Shown here: positions 1 to 11,086 of the stretch, piece after piece
How the letters are laid out: every line of letters begins with the position of its first letter
Position numbering within the stretch: the first letter of the stretch is position 1
From: Fonticula-like sp. SCN 57-25
Taxonomy: Eukaryota
Reading direction: 5' to 3'
NCBI GenBank assembly: GCA_001724245.1
Contig: MEDX01000039.1
Location: 1-35,585 of the forward strand
Length of the DNA: 35,585 bases
Translations under genes and position numbers: made by a program
The notes under the pieces: model-generated
What the model was told of the DNA's origin: nothing
What the model saw: the letters and a program-made list of their open reading frames with translations, nothing else
The model's database searches: none

Positions 1-158
1 ACCCAACGGCATCGTCAGGCAAAAACAAAACGGAAACAAAAAACAAAAATTGGCAAATGCACAGTCAGCATTACGGAACTGATCGATGTCACGCAATCAC
101 GTGGCCTCGATATCGTGACACATCGCTCGGCCAAAGTGCGTCAACCCACAACAACAGC

Positions 159-3100
159 ATGTCGGGCGGCCGCGCAGCGGTGGTTCCGCTCGCGGAGCGC
201 GTCCTTTTCCCTGGCGGCCTCATGAATGTTATTCTCCCCGCCTCCACCTCGTCGCGCTTTCAGACTCTGCTGTCGCAGTCGTTTCGGCCAAAGTCATCGA
301 CGCCGCTGCTTGTTGCCGCTGTCCCCATTGTGGGGGAGAATGCGGCGGCAGTGACGTCGGCCATCATGACGGATGCCTCTGCCGGCTCCTCGCCCCTGCC
401 GGACTTTGGCTGCCTTGCCCGCGTGACGCGCGTTGAGCAGGTCGACTTTCGCGGCGGCATGCGCATCGTGCTCTCTCTCGAAGGCCAAACCCGCGTCTCG
501 ATCTCTGCTCCCGCGATGACCGATGGCTACCTTACCGTGCACGCCAATCCGATTCAAGATGTTCTTCCGAGCTCATCTGACGAAGAGTTTGCCAAGCAAT
601 TCCACGCGCTGCGCTCTTCCGCGCGCAGTCTTCTCCACGTGCTCGTCGACATGCACATCAACAAGAAGGCGCTCATGGAACTCGATCGCCGCGTCGGATC
701 CCTGCCGGCATCGAACCTCGCCGATCTCCTCGTGTCGACCATCTCTTCACCGGCCGAAGAAAAGCTGGCCCTTCTCGGCGAGGCCGACGTAAAGACCCGC
801 GTGGCGCGCGCGACGGTGCTCGTCGACGAACAAACGCGGCTCGCGTCCGTCTCGCAGTCGGCGCTGTCGCTCACCGACAGCATCGCAAAGAAGGAAAAGC
901 GCAGGATGGAGCTGCGCAAGCAGATGCAGGAGATTAGAAAGGAGCTCGGGAAGGGCGAAGGCGACGACGAGGACGACGATAACGAGCTGCAGGGGCTCGC
1001 AAAGAAGCTCGAATCCCTCAACCTCAAGCCAGAGGTCAACAAGGTCGTCCAAAGAAGTACGTTAATGAATTACAAAATTTGTTGAAATGAGCGAAAAGGG
1101 CCATTTTTACTGCTTTTATGAATCTATAATGCTCTAAAATGTGCTCATTTTGTCTACTTTCATCCTTGTTTTGTTATCATTGTGACTCTTTTTCGATCTC
1201 TTTTGGCCTCTTTTATGTTCAAATTGCTCACTTCTTCCCTAGATATGAAGCGCCTTGAGCGCACCAACCCGAACTCTGCCGAGTACGCCTCCCTCCGCGA
1301 CCACCTCGAGCACATCTCCGAGCTCCCCTGGCCCTCCCCCACCCCCCCCTCCACCCCCGACATTGACATTGACCGCGCCCAGCGCCAGCTCGACGACGAC
1401 CACTACGGCCTCGACAAGGTCAAGCGCCGCATCGTCGAGTACCTCGCCGTCCGCAAGCTGCGCCCCTCGCACCGCGGCCCAATCTTGTGCCTGATTGGCC
1501 CGCCCGGCGTCGGCAAAACTTCCCTCGGCCGCTCAATCGCCGACGCGCTCGGCCGCAAGTTTGCGCGCATTTCCCTTGGCGGCGTGAGCGATGAAGCTGA
1601 CATTCGCGGTCACCGCCGCACATATGTTGGCGCGATGCCCGGCCGCGTGGTCGCCGCGCTCGCGCAGGCCGGCAGCGACAGCCCCGTCGTGCTGCTCGAC
1701 GAGATCGACAAGCTCGGAAAGAGTCACCGCGGCGACCCCGCGGCGGCGCTGCTCGAAGTGCTCGATCCAGAACAGAATGGAGCTTTTACGGATCACTATC
1801 TGGGCGTGCCATTCAGTCTAGAGCATGTGCTATTTATAGCGACGGCCAACAGCGCCGATGAAATTCCGCCGCCGCTCGCTGATCGCATGGAAATCATTCG
1901 CATTCCAGGGTACACTTTTGAGGAAAAGGTGCAAATTGCAAAACGGTATCTGTTCCCAAAACACGTGACTGCGTGCGGGCTGGAGCAGGGAAGGTTCCAT
2001 ATGAGTGATGACGTCATCTACAAGTTGGCGTTGAATTATACGCGCGAGCCGGGTGTAAGGTCGCTCGAGAGGCAAATTGCGGCAGTTTGCAGGGGGTTTG
2101 CAGTTGATATTGCAAGGGGTAAAGGAGAGGAAGTGAAAGGAAGGCGCGATATTACTTATGAGGACGTCGAGCGCATCCTAGGAGTACGTATTGGTTTGAT
2201 AGGGTGATGGTTGATGTGAAGTGATATACATGATGATATACATGATGTCTTTTGATATACATGATGTTTTCGATATACATGATATTTCTTGATATGCAAG
2301 ATGTTTCTTGATACACATGATATCATTGATGTAAAGTGATGTACATGATGTTTATTTTTTGATATACTTGATATACATGGTGTCTCTTGATATACATGAT
2401 GTCTCTTGATATATATGATGTCTCTTGATATAAATGATATATTCTTTCTTTGATGCTGACAAATGAAATAGGCACAGCTTTATGATGAAGACTGGCTTGA
2501 AAGGACGGCCGTTTCTGGTGTCGTCATGGGCCTCGCGTGGACATCATCAGGTGCAGGCAGCGTCCTCTTTGTCGAGAGTACGTACTGGGAATGTTATCAG
2601 GGGTGGATTACAGGGAGAAGTGTGTTGAAAAGTGACACTTTTTGGTTGTATTTTATGAAATCTGATCGAGAATTGTCACTTTTGTGTCATTTTTGTGTCA
2701 TTTTTGTGGTACTTTTCACCACTTTTACATCATTTTTATGTCTTTTACCCTCTTTTACCCTCACTTTTCTTCCTTTTCTTCCACTTTTCCTAACCATCCT
2801 TCTTCAGCCACACAGATGCCCGGCAAAGGCCGACTAATTCTCACCGGCCAACTCGGCGACGTCATGCGCGAGTCCGCCCAAGCCGCCATCAGCTGGGTCC
2901 GCAGCAACTCTCCCCTCCTCTCCCCCTGGAACGCCTCCGCCGCCGCCGCCGCGCTCGACACCACCGACATTCACATCCACTTTCCCGCGGGCGCCATCCC
3001 CAAAGACGGCCCGTCCGCCGGCGTGACAATCCTAACGTCGCTCGTGTCGCTGCTGAGCGGCGTCCCCGTGCGCCCAAACACGGCCATGACGGGCGAGGTG

Positions 3101-3343
3101 ACGCTGCGCGGCGTCGTGCTGCCCGTCGGGGGGATCCGAGATAAGGTGCTTGCTGCGCATCGGAGGGGGGTCAAAAGGGTCATCCTGCCGGCGGGGAATA
3201 GGAGGGATGTGGAGGAGGTGCCGGAAAAGGCGAGGAGGGAGATGGAGTTTGTGTTTGTGAGGAGCGCGGTGGAGGTGCTGGAGGCGGCGATTGAGAGGGG
3301 GGAGGAGAGGGTGGAGGAGACGCAGATTGTCAGTAGGCTGTAA
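159..3343 (+). CDS. LONP2: Peroxisomal Lon protease (LONP2/Pln type); exons 159-1056, 1243-2183, 2472-2577, 2808-3343
   Basis: Lon N-domain (RVLFPGG), Walker A GPPGVGKT, Walker [21 protein letters not shown], catalytic KDGPSAG and PVGGIRDK, C-terminal SRL (PTS1). Three GTACGT...AG introns join the exons in frame. Confidence 0.95.
2221..2440 (+). repeat. Degenerate ~19-bp intronic minisatellite (TTGATATACATGATGTCTC-like) in Lon intron 2
   Basis: Repeated GATATACATGAT cores are directly visible. Confidence 0.9.
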
Positions 3344-3456
3344 TTATATTGAATAAAGGATGAGAATATGGGGACAAAATTGGAGACAAAATGGGGTTGT
3401 TTTGGCCTTGTGCATGGTACAATAGTAAGGTTTTTGCTCTGTTTAGGTTTTTGTTT

Positions 3457-3560
3457 ATTGGCAAAATGGTCACTTTTTTAAATATTTATCTTTATGGTTC
3501 ATTGGCAAAATGGTCATTTTATGATATGTTTAGCCTATTGGTCATTGGAAAAATGGTCAT
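3457..3560. repeat. Three copies of ATTGG(C/A)AAAATGGTCA at ~44-bp spacing
   Basis: Copies start at 3457, 3501 and 3544, between two convergent 3' ends. Confidence 0.8.
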
Positions 3561-3735
3561 ATTTGCCTATCATTGGTCGCCTATCATGGGCACAAGGGCA
3601 CTTTGATCATTGACTCTACTGTTGTGTGTTCCAGGCAATTAAAACATTTTGAATGGTCGTGTATATTGAGTGCCCTATAGGCATGTAACCTACTGGTTAA
3701 AACTGCGCGACTGCGCTTGCAAGTCGACTCTTGGC

Positions 3736-4584
3736 TTAGCAGCTCCAGAGCTCGTCGACCCACTCCGGGTGGTCAACAAAGACGTTGCGGTTGTACTGCC
3801 ACGAGTAGATGGCGTTGTTGCGGAACATCTCGCGCTCGGTGACCGGGAAGTCGTGGTGCCACTCGAGGAGCGTGCACAGCCAGCCAAAGTACGGGATGCT
3901 GCCGGTGGACTCGTCGATGACCTCGAGCGTGGGGGTGTCGTTGTCCTGGCCCTGGTTGCGGACCTCCATGTAAAAGATGACGCGCGCGAGCTGGCCCTTG
4001 TAGTCGTCCGGGACCTCCCAGGTGGAGCTGGTGGTGTAGGTGATGACATCGCAGTCGTTGATGTCGTTCTTGTAGGGGAGCAGGCAGACGGCATCGCCGC
4101 CATCCTTGTAGTCCTTGTTGCTGCGCATCGAGTTGACGCGCTTCTCGGCGGCGAAGAGGTGGTGGCCATCAGTGTACGGAACGTCGCCCTCATCGGGGAA
4201 GCCCTTGGACTTGGGCCACACGTGCTCGCGGTTCCAGCCGGTGGTCGAGCTGCCAGTGTCGCGCTGGCTCTTGGGCCAGCTCTCGCCAGTGTACACAAGG
4301 ATCACGTTGTCGGGGTTGGAGGGATCCTCATCGGCCTCCTCGCACATGTCCCAGACGCAAGAGTACGAGTGCGAAAGAGTGCCGTTGGAAAGGAGAAGGG
4401 CGAGGGCAGCGCGCATCTCGCGGGCGTCCTCGGCGGCGTGCACATCGGCGTAGTACACCTCATCGACGTAGGTCGGCGGGCGATCGGGCTTGGTGCACGC
4501 GTTGCGCTCGTTGAGCGAGGGGAGGATGGGCGCAGCGGCCGCAAGCGCGAGGAGCGCCGCAAGGGCAAGGACCACGCGCGCCAT
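3736..4584 (-). CDS. Secreted Endonuclease I family (His-Me finger; Bsn/EndA-like) nuclease, intronless
   Basis: Signal peptide MARVVLALAALLALAAAA. Motifs WNREHVWPKS, TDGHHL, VNSMRSNK, WEVPDDYKGQLARVIFYM, LLEWH and RNNAIYSWQYNRNVFVDHPEWV. Confidence 0.9.
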   Translation of the reverse strand: MARVVLALAALLALAAAAPILPSLNERNACTKPDRPPTYVDEVYYADVHAAEDAREMRAALALLLSNGTLSHSYSCVWDMCEEADEDPSNPDNVILVYTGESWPKSQRDTGSSTTGWNREHVWPKSKGFPDEGDVPYTDGHHLFAAEKRVNSMRSNKDYKDGGDAVCLLPYKNDINDCDVITYTTSSTWEVPDDYKGQLARVIFYMEVRNQGQDNDTPTLEVIDESTGSIPYFGWLCTLLEWHHDFPVTEREMFRNNAIYSWQYNRNVFVDHPEWVDELWSC

Positions 4585-5381
4585 GATCGAGGTCCGGGCG
4601 GGTCGGGGAAAACACGGCGTGCTGCGCGCGGGTGGGCGTCTTCAGTGACGCGATTGGACGAGAGGGGCTGGAGTGGGCCAATCAGAAGAAAGTGGTGACT
4701 CTGCGTGACGATCGTGGGAGACGGCAAGGAAAGAATATGCTGCATATTTGTGGCATACTTTCTGCATATTTCGCGCGCTTTTTGGGTCAAAAGAGTTGAA
4801 CATTTGCCATACATTCATTATATTTATACATTCGTACATTGGAAAAATAGGGGTGGCACGTATTGTAGAGCTCAATAGAGCTCGTCATCGTGCGATATGG
4901 GGCACGCGGGTAGGCGAATGTACACGGGAAACGTCTATAAAGAGGTCAAAAGCTAAGTGCGCTTGGGCGGCGGCAGGCTGATGTTGGCGCGCTGCAGCAT
5001 CTCCTCGGGCGATCCGTTCATATCTACAGTCGCCGCGTGTTAGCGCACGATTCCGGTCAGCGCGGGTGGCGCACATCTCTTGTAGAGGAACCATGAGCTG
5101 AGCGCGAGCAGCGGCAGCGAAAAAGTCAAATACCGCATACTATCCCTGTTGTCAGTCTTCTCCCACACAGCCAAAGGGCGCGCACTAGACGAGCTTTGGC
5201 GTCTTTTTCGCGTCGCCAAAGAATCCCTGCTTGCCGTCGGCCGCCATCGTCGGTCTGAGTCGGTTAGATCTGGTTTGGGTCGGTTAGAGTCGGGTTGCGG
5301 TTGGTTATATTACCTATTTATAGTGTCTTCTGTCAGCACCCCGTCGAACGTGCGGTTGGTGGGGGGTGCGGGGATCGCGAA

Positions 5382-7119
5382 ATGCGGTACTTGTTGGGCC
5401 CTCCACCGGACGCGAGCGTGTGCTCCTCCCCGACGTGGGTGCCCATGCCCGCGTCCTTCCGGGAGGCGCACCTCCTGCTCAGCCCACGCGGCGGCTCGAC
5501 CCCGTCGAACCGCCGCCTTTCCTCGGACAGCTTCTCGAGCGGAGGATCCCCTGGCTTCCTCGAGCGCGGCGGCTTCCTTCGCGGCGGCAGCAACAGCAGC
5601 GTATCGTCTTCGCGCCGACCCGTGTCGACCGCGTCGTCCGTCGACGAGTCCGAGCTGAGCTTTCCGCGCTCGCCGCATCAGGGCGTCGCGGCACTTCAGC
5701 ATGCACTGCCGGCCGACGAGGCGCAGCATGCCGCCGACATGCTGGACGGGAGCGCCGCCGTCAAGGAAGGACGCCTGCTGCTTCGCAAGAGCACAGGCGA
5801 GTTTCAGGCATTCCAATTTATTCTATCCCCGACGCATCTAGCCTACTTTTCAGGGACGAGTGTCGCTGCTGCCGGCATCATCGAGCTCGCCCAGGTCACG
5901 GCGCTGCGCCTTCGCGCCGCCACCGACTACGCCATCGAGCTCGTCGCCAACGGCAGTGCGTAAAAGTGTTGTGTTGGTGCTTATTTAACGCGTTGGCAAC
6001 AGCTCTGTATCTGATCCTGGCCGTGACGCACGTCGCCTGCGAAGAGTGGTTCGCCGCCATCCTGCGCTATTGCAAACCGCACGTCCGCGAAAAGGTTCGC
6101 CTCTGCAAACTAGAATTTTGCACTAACATATGCTCTAGTTGCTTCCTTCGACGATGGACGTGTTGTTCCCTGCACTGGGCGATCGCGTGACTGTCCCTGT
6201 GACGCTGCTCACGCGCGTCCGCGACGTTTTCGCCCCCCTCAGCGAGCGCCTCGCCTACGAAGTGAGCCCCGTAACAGAGTCTGCTTTATGTCTTCGTCGC
6301 GGCGAGCGCGTCGTATGGCTCGACGACGACGACTATATTCTTTCCCCCGCCGTGATCTTCAAATCACACGTGATCGAGTGCCGCCCCCTTTCGCACCGCG
6401 TCGCGATGAACACTGACGCCCACGTGTCCGCCCCCGACGACGTTGTCGGCTTTCTGCGCAAGCAAGGCGCCGACCCGCTCGTGCGCGCCTGGAAGCGCCG
6501 CTGGTTTTTCGTGCGCGGCGAAAACCTCTTTTACTCCAAGCAGCCAAAGGCCGACGGCGACGATCTCGCCGGCGATGCGCTCGGATTCATCAACCTCGAG
6601 TCGGCGCAGTCAATCGAACTTGACCCACGCCACGTGGCCGTATTTTCTATCGTGACGTCATCGCGCGTGTACCGCCTAGAGGCGGCGAGCGACGAGGACG
6701 CCAACGTGTGGGTGGCGTGCCTCGGCCGCGTCATGCACTACTATGAGCGCCAGCGCATGTCTCACGTGACGCCTTGGCTGCATATTGAGATGCGATTGGA
6801 CAGCGCTGTCCAATCAACGTCGTCGAGAAAGGAGGGGTTCATGATGAAGCGCGGCTTTTACAATACAAGATACAAGTCGCGCTACTTTATCTTGGCGGGA
6901 AATGAGCTCACGTACTATGACGCGAGCGAGGGGCGACACTTGAGGGGCAGCATTCCGCTTGCTGGTGCGGTCATTGCCACGCGCGAGCAGGAAGGAGAAG
7001 ATGTTTTCTCCATTGTTACAGAGGCGAGGACGTATTTTTTGAGGGCGCCGTCGAGGGCGGTGCTTGAAGAGTGGATTGTGGCCATTCGGTATGAGCAGCA
7101 GGCTCACGCAAGGGGGTAA
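5382..7119 (+). CDS. Protein with three PH domains and an RA/FERM-N-like segment; exons 5382-5955, 6003-6094, 6139-7119
   Basis: PH signatures VKEGRLL..CEEWFAAI, GFLRKQG..WKRRWF..WVACL and KEGFMMKRG..YKSRYF..EEWIVAI. Introns 5956-6002 and 6095-6138 (CACTAAC branch) keep the frame. The start codon is uncertain. Confidence 0.85.
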
Positions 7120-7373
7120 ATATGAAGGGGCGCCTCGCGGGCGGGGCCGTCAAAATTAGCAGTTGTATCAGTATATTTTGTTGCATTCTAGTCAGTATAG
7201 TGTGCCATCATGGCGAGACATATGAAAGGCTATTGTATGATGTGGGTTTTGGGTAATAACTTAGATATCGATCAAATGAAAGCATTCTTGTCGACAATGA
7301 ACATAAAAGTGATGGTAACTCTTTCAGATGTCTTCTCAGATGTTTTCGTACTTTAAACTATATTTACAATGAA

Positions 7374-8081
7374 TTATACAAGAGCAGGATCAGCGAAAGT
7401 AAACTCACCCTGCAGCGCCTGCTCCGACGCAACCTTATCAAGCCTCGCGCCCTGCATCTTCATGTACTGCACGATGCGCGCGACCTCGACGGGCGATCCG
7501 TTCATGTCGGTCACGTTCCTCCACACGGCCTCGGCGAGATCCGTGTCGTTCTTGAGCATCGCTTCATCGTACGCGAGCGACACGCCAAAGTACTGCGAAA
7601 TAAGCAGCCGCATGTTCTTGTCAATGCGGGTGATGCCAATGTCCGCCATGCGGTGCTCCATGTCGTCAAAGAAAAGCTGCATGATCTGCTGCGAGACGGC
7701 CTTGCCGGCCTCGCCCTCGGCGCGAAGCCGAACAATGACAAACCAAATGTGCATGTGCGTCACAAGGAACCACGACTGAAAAGTGTCAGGCAAAGCGCAC
7801 GACTGGCAAAAGAAAGACTTTTGGGCGTCGTAGATGCTGCCAATCGACTTGTACGACTCGCGCGCGCGGCGCATGCCGACAGCATCGCGCGACTGCATGC
7901 CAGATGCGTAGAGAAGCGTGTTGGCCACGAGGCCGCCAAGCGACTTTGGCTTGCCGAGCTCCGCGGGAAGGCCCTTGGGGTACGTCATCATCGGCGACGC
8001 CTTGCCAGCGCCAAGAGGCACGCTCGGGACGCCCTTGGGCGCCGCCGCCGCCGCCAGCCGCCGCACCGCCACGCGCAACAT
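7374..8081 (-). CDS. UQCC1: Ubiquinol-cytochrome c reductase assembly chaperone (Cbp3/UQCC1)
   Basis: Mitochondrial presequence MLRVAVRRL. Motifs LPDTFQSWFLVTHMHIW, FFDDMEHR, AYDEA and LAEAVWRN. Confidence 0.93.
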   Translation of the reverse strand: MLRVAVRRLAAAAAPKGVPSVPLGAGKASPMMTYPKGLPAELGKPKSLGGLVANTLLYASGMQSRDAVGMRRARESYKSIGSIYDAQKSFFCQSCALPDTFQSWFLVTHMHIWFVIVRLRAEGEAGKAVSQQIMQLFFDDMEHRMADIGITRIDKNMRLLISQYFGVSLAYDEAMLKNDTDLAEAVWRNVTDMNGSPVEVARIVQYMKMQGARLDKVASEQALQGEFTFADPALV

Positions 8082-8086
8082 AGGAA

Positions 8087-8123
8087 CACGTGACTGATAT
8101 CACGTGCCGAGCAGGTCACGTGA
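8087..8123. promoter_or_regulatory. Cluster of three CACGTG E-boxes between the divergent UQCC1 and GRAM-VASt genes
   Basis: CACGTG at 8087, 8101 and 8117; the last lies in a GTCACGTGA context. Confidence 0.55.
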
Positions 8124-8323
8124 GTATCAGGTGTGTTGGTGGCTCCTTGCTTGTCGGCGGCTGGGGCGTCCCTTGATTTCCTTGCCGGGCAGCGATCCTA
8201 CGGGCCCTTTTCGTCTATCGGCGGTGACGCTCGTTTCACAATTGATAAATTTCCCCTTTTTACGACTGTTTGCACCTCTTTTTCCATTGATATGTCTGTG
8301 ACGCGCCGCATCCCGGCGCCGTC

Positions 8324-10877
8324 ATGCCAGATCTGAGTCGCGCGTCGCCTTCATCGGCGGTAGTCCCGCTCTCTTCCTCCCCCCCCTCTGTCGCCGTAGC
8401 GCCCCAGAGCGCAGTCGGCGGCCGCGCGTCCTTGAACGCAGCCACGTCATCCGCTGATCCTGCCGCTCCTCGCCGGCGGGTCGCCCTGAGCCAAGAGCGG
8501 ACAGCCGAGCTACACAGCCGCTTCCGGGATCTCCCCGCAGACGAAGTCGCCGCAGCCGACTACTCAGCGTCGCTCCAGAAGGAGATCCCGATACACGGGA
8601 AGCTCTTTGTGTCGCAGCGTTACATTCACTTTTACTCGAATCTGTTTGGCTGGGTGACGGCGGTGAGCATCCCGTTCTCAGACATCCTATCGATCGAGAA
8701 GAAGAACAAGCCAATCTTTGTGAGGAGCGGGATCCAAGTGGTCACACTCACCTCAAAGGTGTGCAATTGCTTTTTGATAATGCGTTTGGGAGGGTTTTTG
8801 TATCGTTTGGCAACTTTTTTGGTATGGTTTGTGCTGCTTTTGTTGCATATGGCCATCATTTTCTGCTGATTTCCAGCACATTTCCAACACTTTTACCACT
8901 TGTCTTTCACCCATTTTCTTACACCCCCTCTTCCCTACAGCACTACTTTGCTGCGTTCCTGAACCGCGACCAGGCCTTCAACCGCCTCGTCAGCTTCTGG
9001 CGCAACAGCCAACAAGAGAACCCCCTCGACGCCGACGAGCTCCTCGGCATCGACGAGTCGTTCCCCTTCGAGTCCGACTCTGTCTTTTCCGACGACGAAG
9101 TGTCCGCCTCGACCGACCTCGCCCGACGCGAGCGCTCCCAAAGCCTCCAAATGGAGCCTTCTTCAGCAACGTCTTCCGTGACGTCATCTGCATCACGCAA
9201 CTTGGCGGGAACGCCGACGGCCGCTTCGTCGTCGTTTTCGGCCGCCGAGCGCGACGCCGACGCGCCGTCAACGCCGGCAAGGTCGCGCGCGACGTCGCGG
9301 ACCGACGACGCAAAGTCGCCGCCGGCGACGCCCGCCGGGGCTGCGGCGACGCCCGCGGCGGTTTCGGCGGCGATTTCGGCGGCGGTTTCGGCGCCTGACA
9401 CGCCCACGTCGGCGACTTTGGCGACACAAGAGGCAGTTGTGGCGGTGCCCGACAAGGCGGTGGAGCCAAAGGATGTCGGGTATGCGCCGCTAAAGACGCC
9501 TGTTTTGGATGTGGTGCTGCCGGCGCCGATTGGAGTGGTGTATGAGAAATTGTTTGATCCGAGTTTGCCGTTTTTTGCGACGTTTTTGCGCGAGAATCAG
9601 CGTCTCACAGGTGCGCAGATTGTGGTATTTTGATATGAAATGTCGGTTTGTCACGCTTTTCTGTGATATTTATTGTTTGATATCCGTTTTTGACTTTATG
9701 TTGCTTGATGTTCATGATAAATTTCCTTTATATATTACCATTTTTGATATGTTTCCCTTTTATTGACCCTTTTCAGATGTCGAATTTGATGCATGGTCCG
9801 TTGACGACCGCGGCCAGGAGACGCGCGGCTACCGCTACATCATGCAGCTGAACGCCGTCATGGGCCCCAAGTCGACACGTGTCAGCAACCGTCAGCGGTT
9901 CATCACAAAGGACCTGCCACGTGGCGTCGTTGTTGAGAATGTTTCCGAGACGCCCGACGTGCCGAGCGGCGACTGCTTCAGGACGGTCAATATGTACTGC
10001 CTCACGTGGGTCGACACTAACAAGACGAGGCTTATCATGTCGGGCGGTATCAACTTTTTAAAGTCAACATGGATCAAGAGTACGCGCAATGAGAGTGTTT
10101 GGGGTTGATTCAGGGGATATTTATGGGTGCATTGATACATTGATACATGTCTTGATACATGTCATACTTCGTTGATATTTTGGATACATGTCATGATACA
10201 TTGATATTTTTGATACATGTGGTAATTTTGATACATGTCACGCTACATTGATAGATGTGATAAATATATGGATCTTTTTCTATTTCTTTTACTTACTCGT
10301 TTTTCAGGCTTTATTGAGACGCACGGTACAGAAGGATTTGTCACCTTTGGCAAGGCACTTGACCGCGCACTTCGCCTCGAACTTTCACCTCGCTCGGCCG
10401 ACGGCGCCCCGGGGGGTGCCTCCCCGACCACCCCCCTCGAGCCGCCGCCGCCCGCCGCCGCCGAGCCACAAGTCGAGTTGCCGCGCGAGGCTTCCACCGG
10501 CATCCTGGCAAAGGCAGAGGGCATATTGGTCAGCCTCGGCGTGCCCCTCAAGCGCGAGCACTTTCCGCGGCTCGCCGTCGCGATCGTGCTCGGCCTCCTT
10601 TTGCTCATCCAGATCAATGCGGTACGCTGATTGGCTAGAGATATAAATGGCGGTTTCTGATTGGTGAATTTCATAGGTGATGCATCTTGGACGGACGTCA
10701 CGTGCGCTGTCGCAGCTTGAGCTTGAGGCCACGCGGGTTCGCGCGACGTGTCCGCTGGCGGAAGTTGGCGTGGCGCAGGCGGCGCAGGTTGAGATGCTGG
10801 CGGAGCGGCTAAGGCGCACTGAGGAAATGATGGAGGAGATGCGCGCAAAGATGATGACAGTGCAGGGGGGGCAGTGA
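8324..10877 (+). CDS. GRAM + VASt (Aster/LAM family) sterol transfer protein with C-terminal TM and coiled coil; exons 8324-8758, 8941-9610, 9777-10079, 10308-10621, 10677-10877
   Basis: GRAM: HGKLFVSQRYIHFYSNLFGW and FLNRDQAF. VASt: ETPDVPSGDCF and KSTWIKSFIE. TM: LAVAIVLGLLLLIQINAV. Four GT-AG introns restore the frame. Confidence 0.92.
10131..10260 (+). repeat. Intronic TTGATACATGTC-like degenerate tandem repeat
   Basis: Multiple TGATACAT cores in intron 3 of the GRAM-VASt gene. Confidence 0.8.
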
Positions 10878-11086
10878 GCTGTGTTGATACTATATATGCT
10901 GGGTGAATAAACAGTACACTTTTATGATCATACTGAAGACAACACAGTCGTATCATAGCCATGCATGTATGACAGGAATTTATCATGACATTGTGTATAA
11001 TCAGCTTGATTTATTCGGATAAAGTGTACAAATAACTAAACATGGAGTGCCGACCAATGCCGGAAATAGACTACAATAACCAATAA

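Noticed and set aside
57-158. Upstream in-frame ATG extending the Lon N-terminus
   Set aside because: The extension does not look like Lon and overlaps promoter-like sequence (TCACGTG); ATG 159 directly precedes the Lon N-domain.
1056-2808. Non-canonical shifted splice sites in Lon (A before GT gives N and T where D and A might be expected)
   Set aside because: Canonical GT-AG splicing keeps the frame, and the same A|GTACG context gives an expected residue at 10079.
3457-3560. CRISPR-like repeat-spacer pattern
   Set aside because: Only three 16-bp copies with low-complexity spacers, no cas genes and a eukaryotic context.
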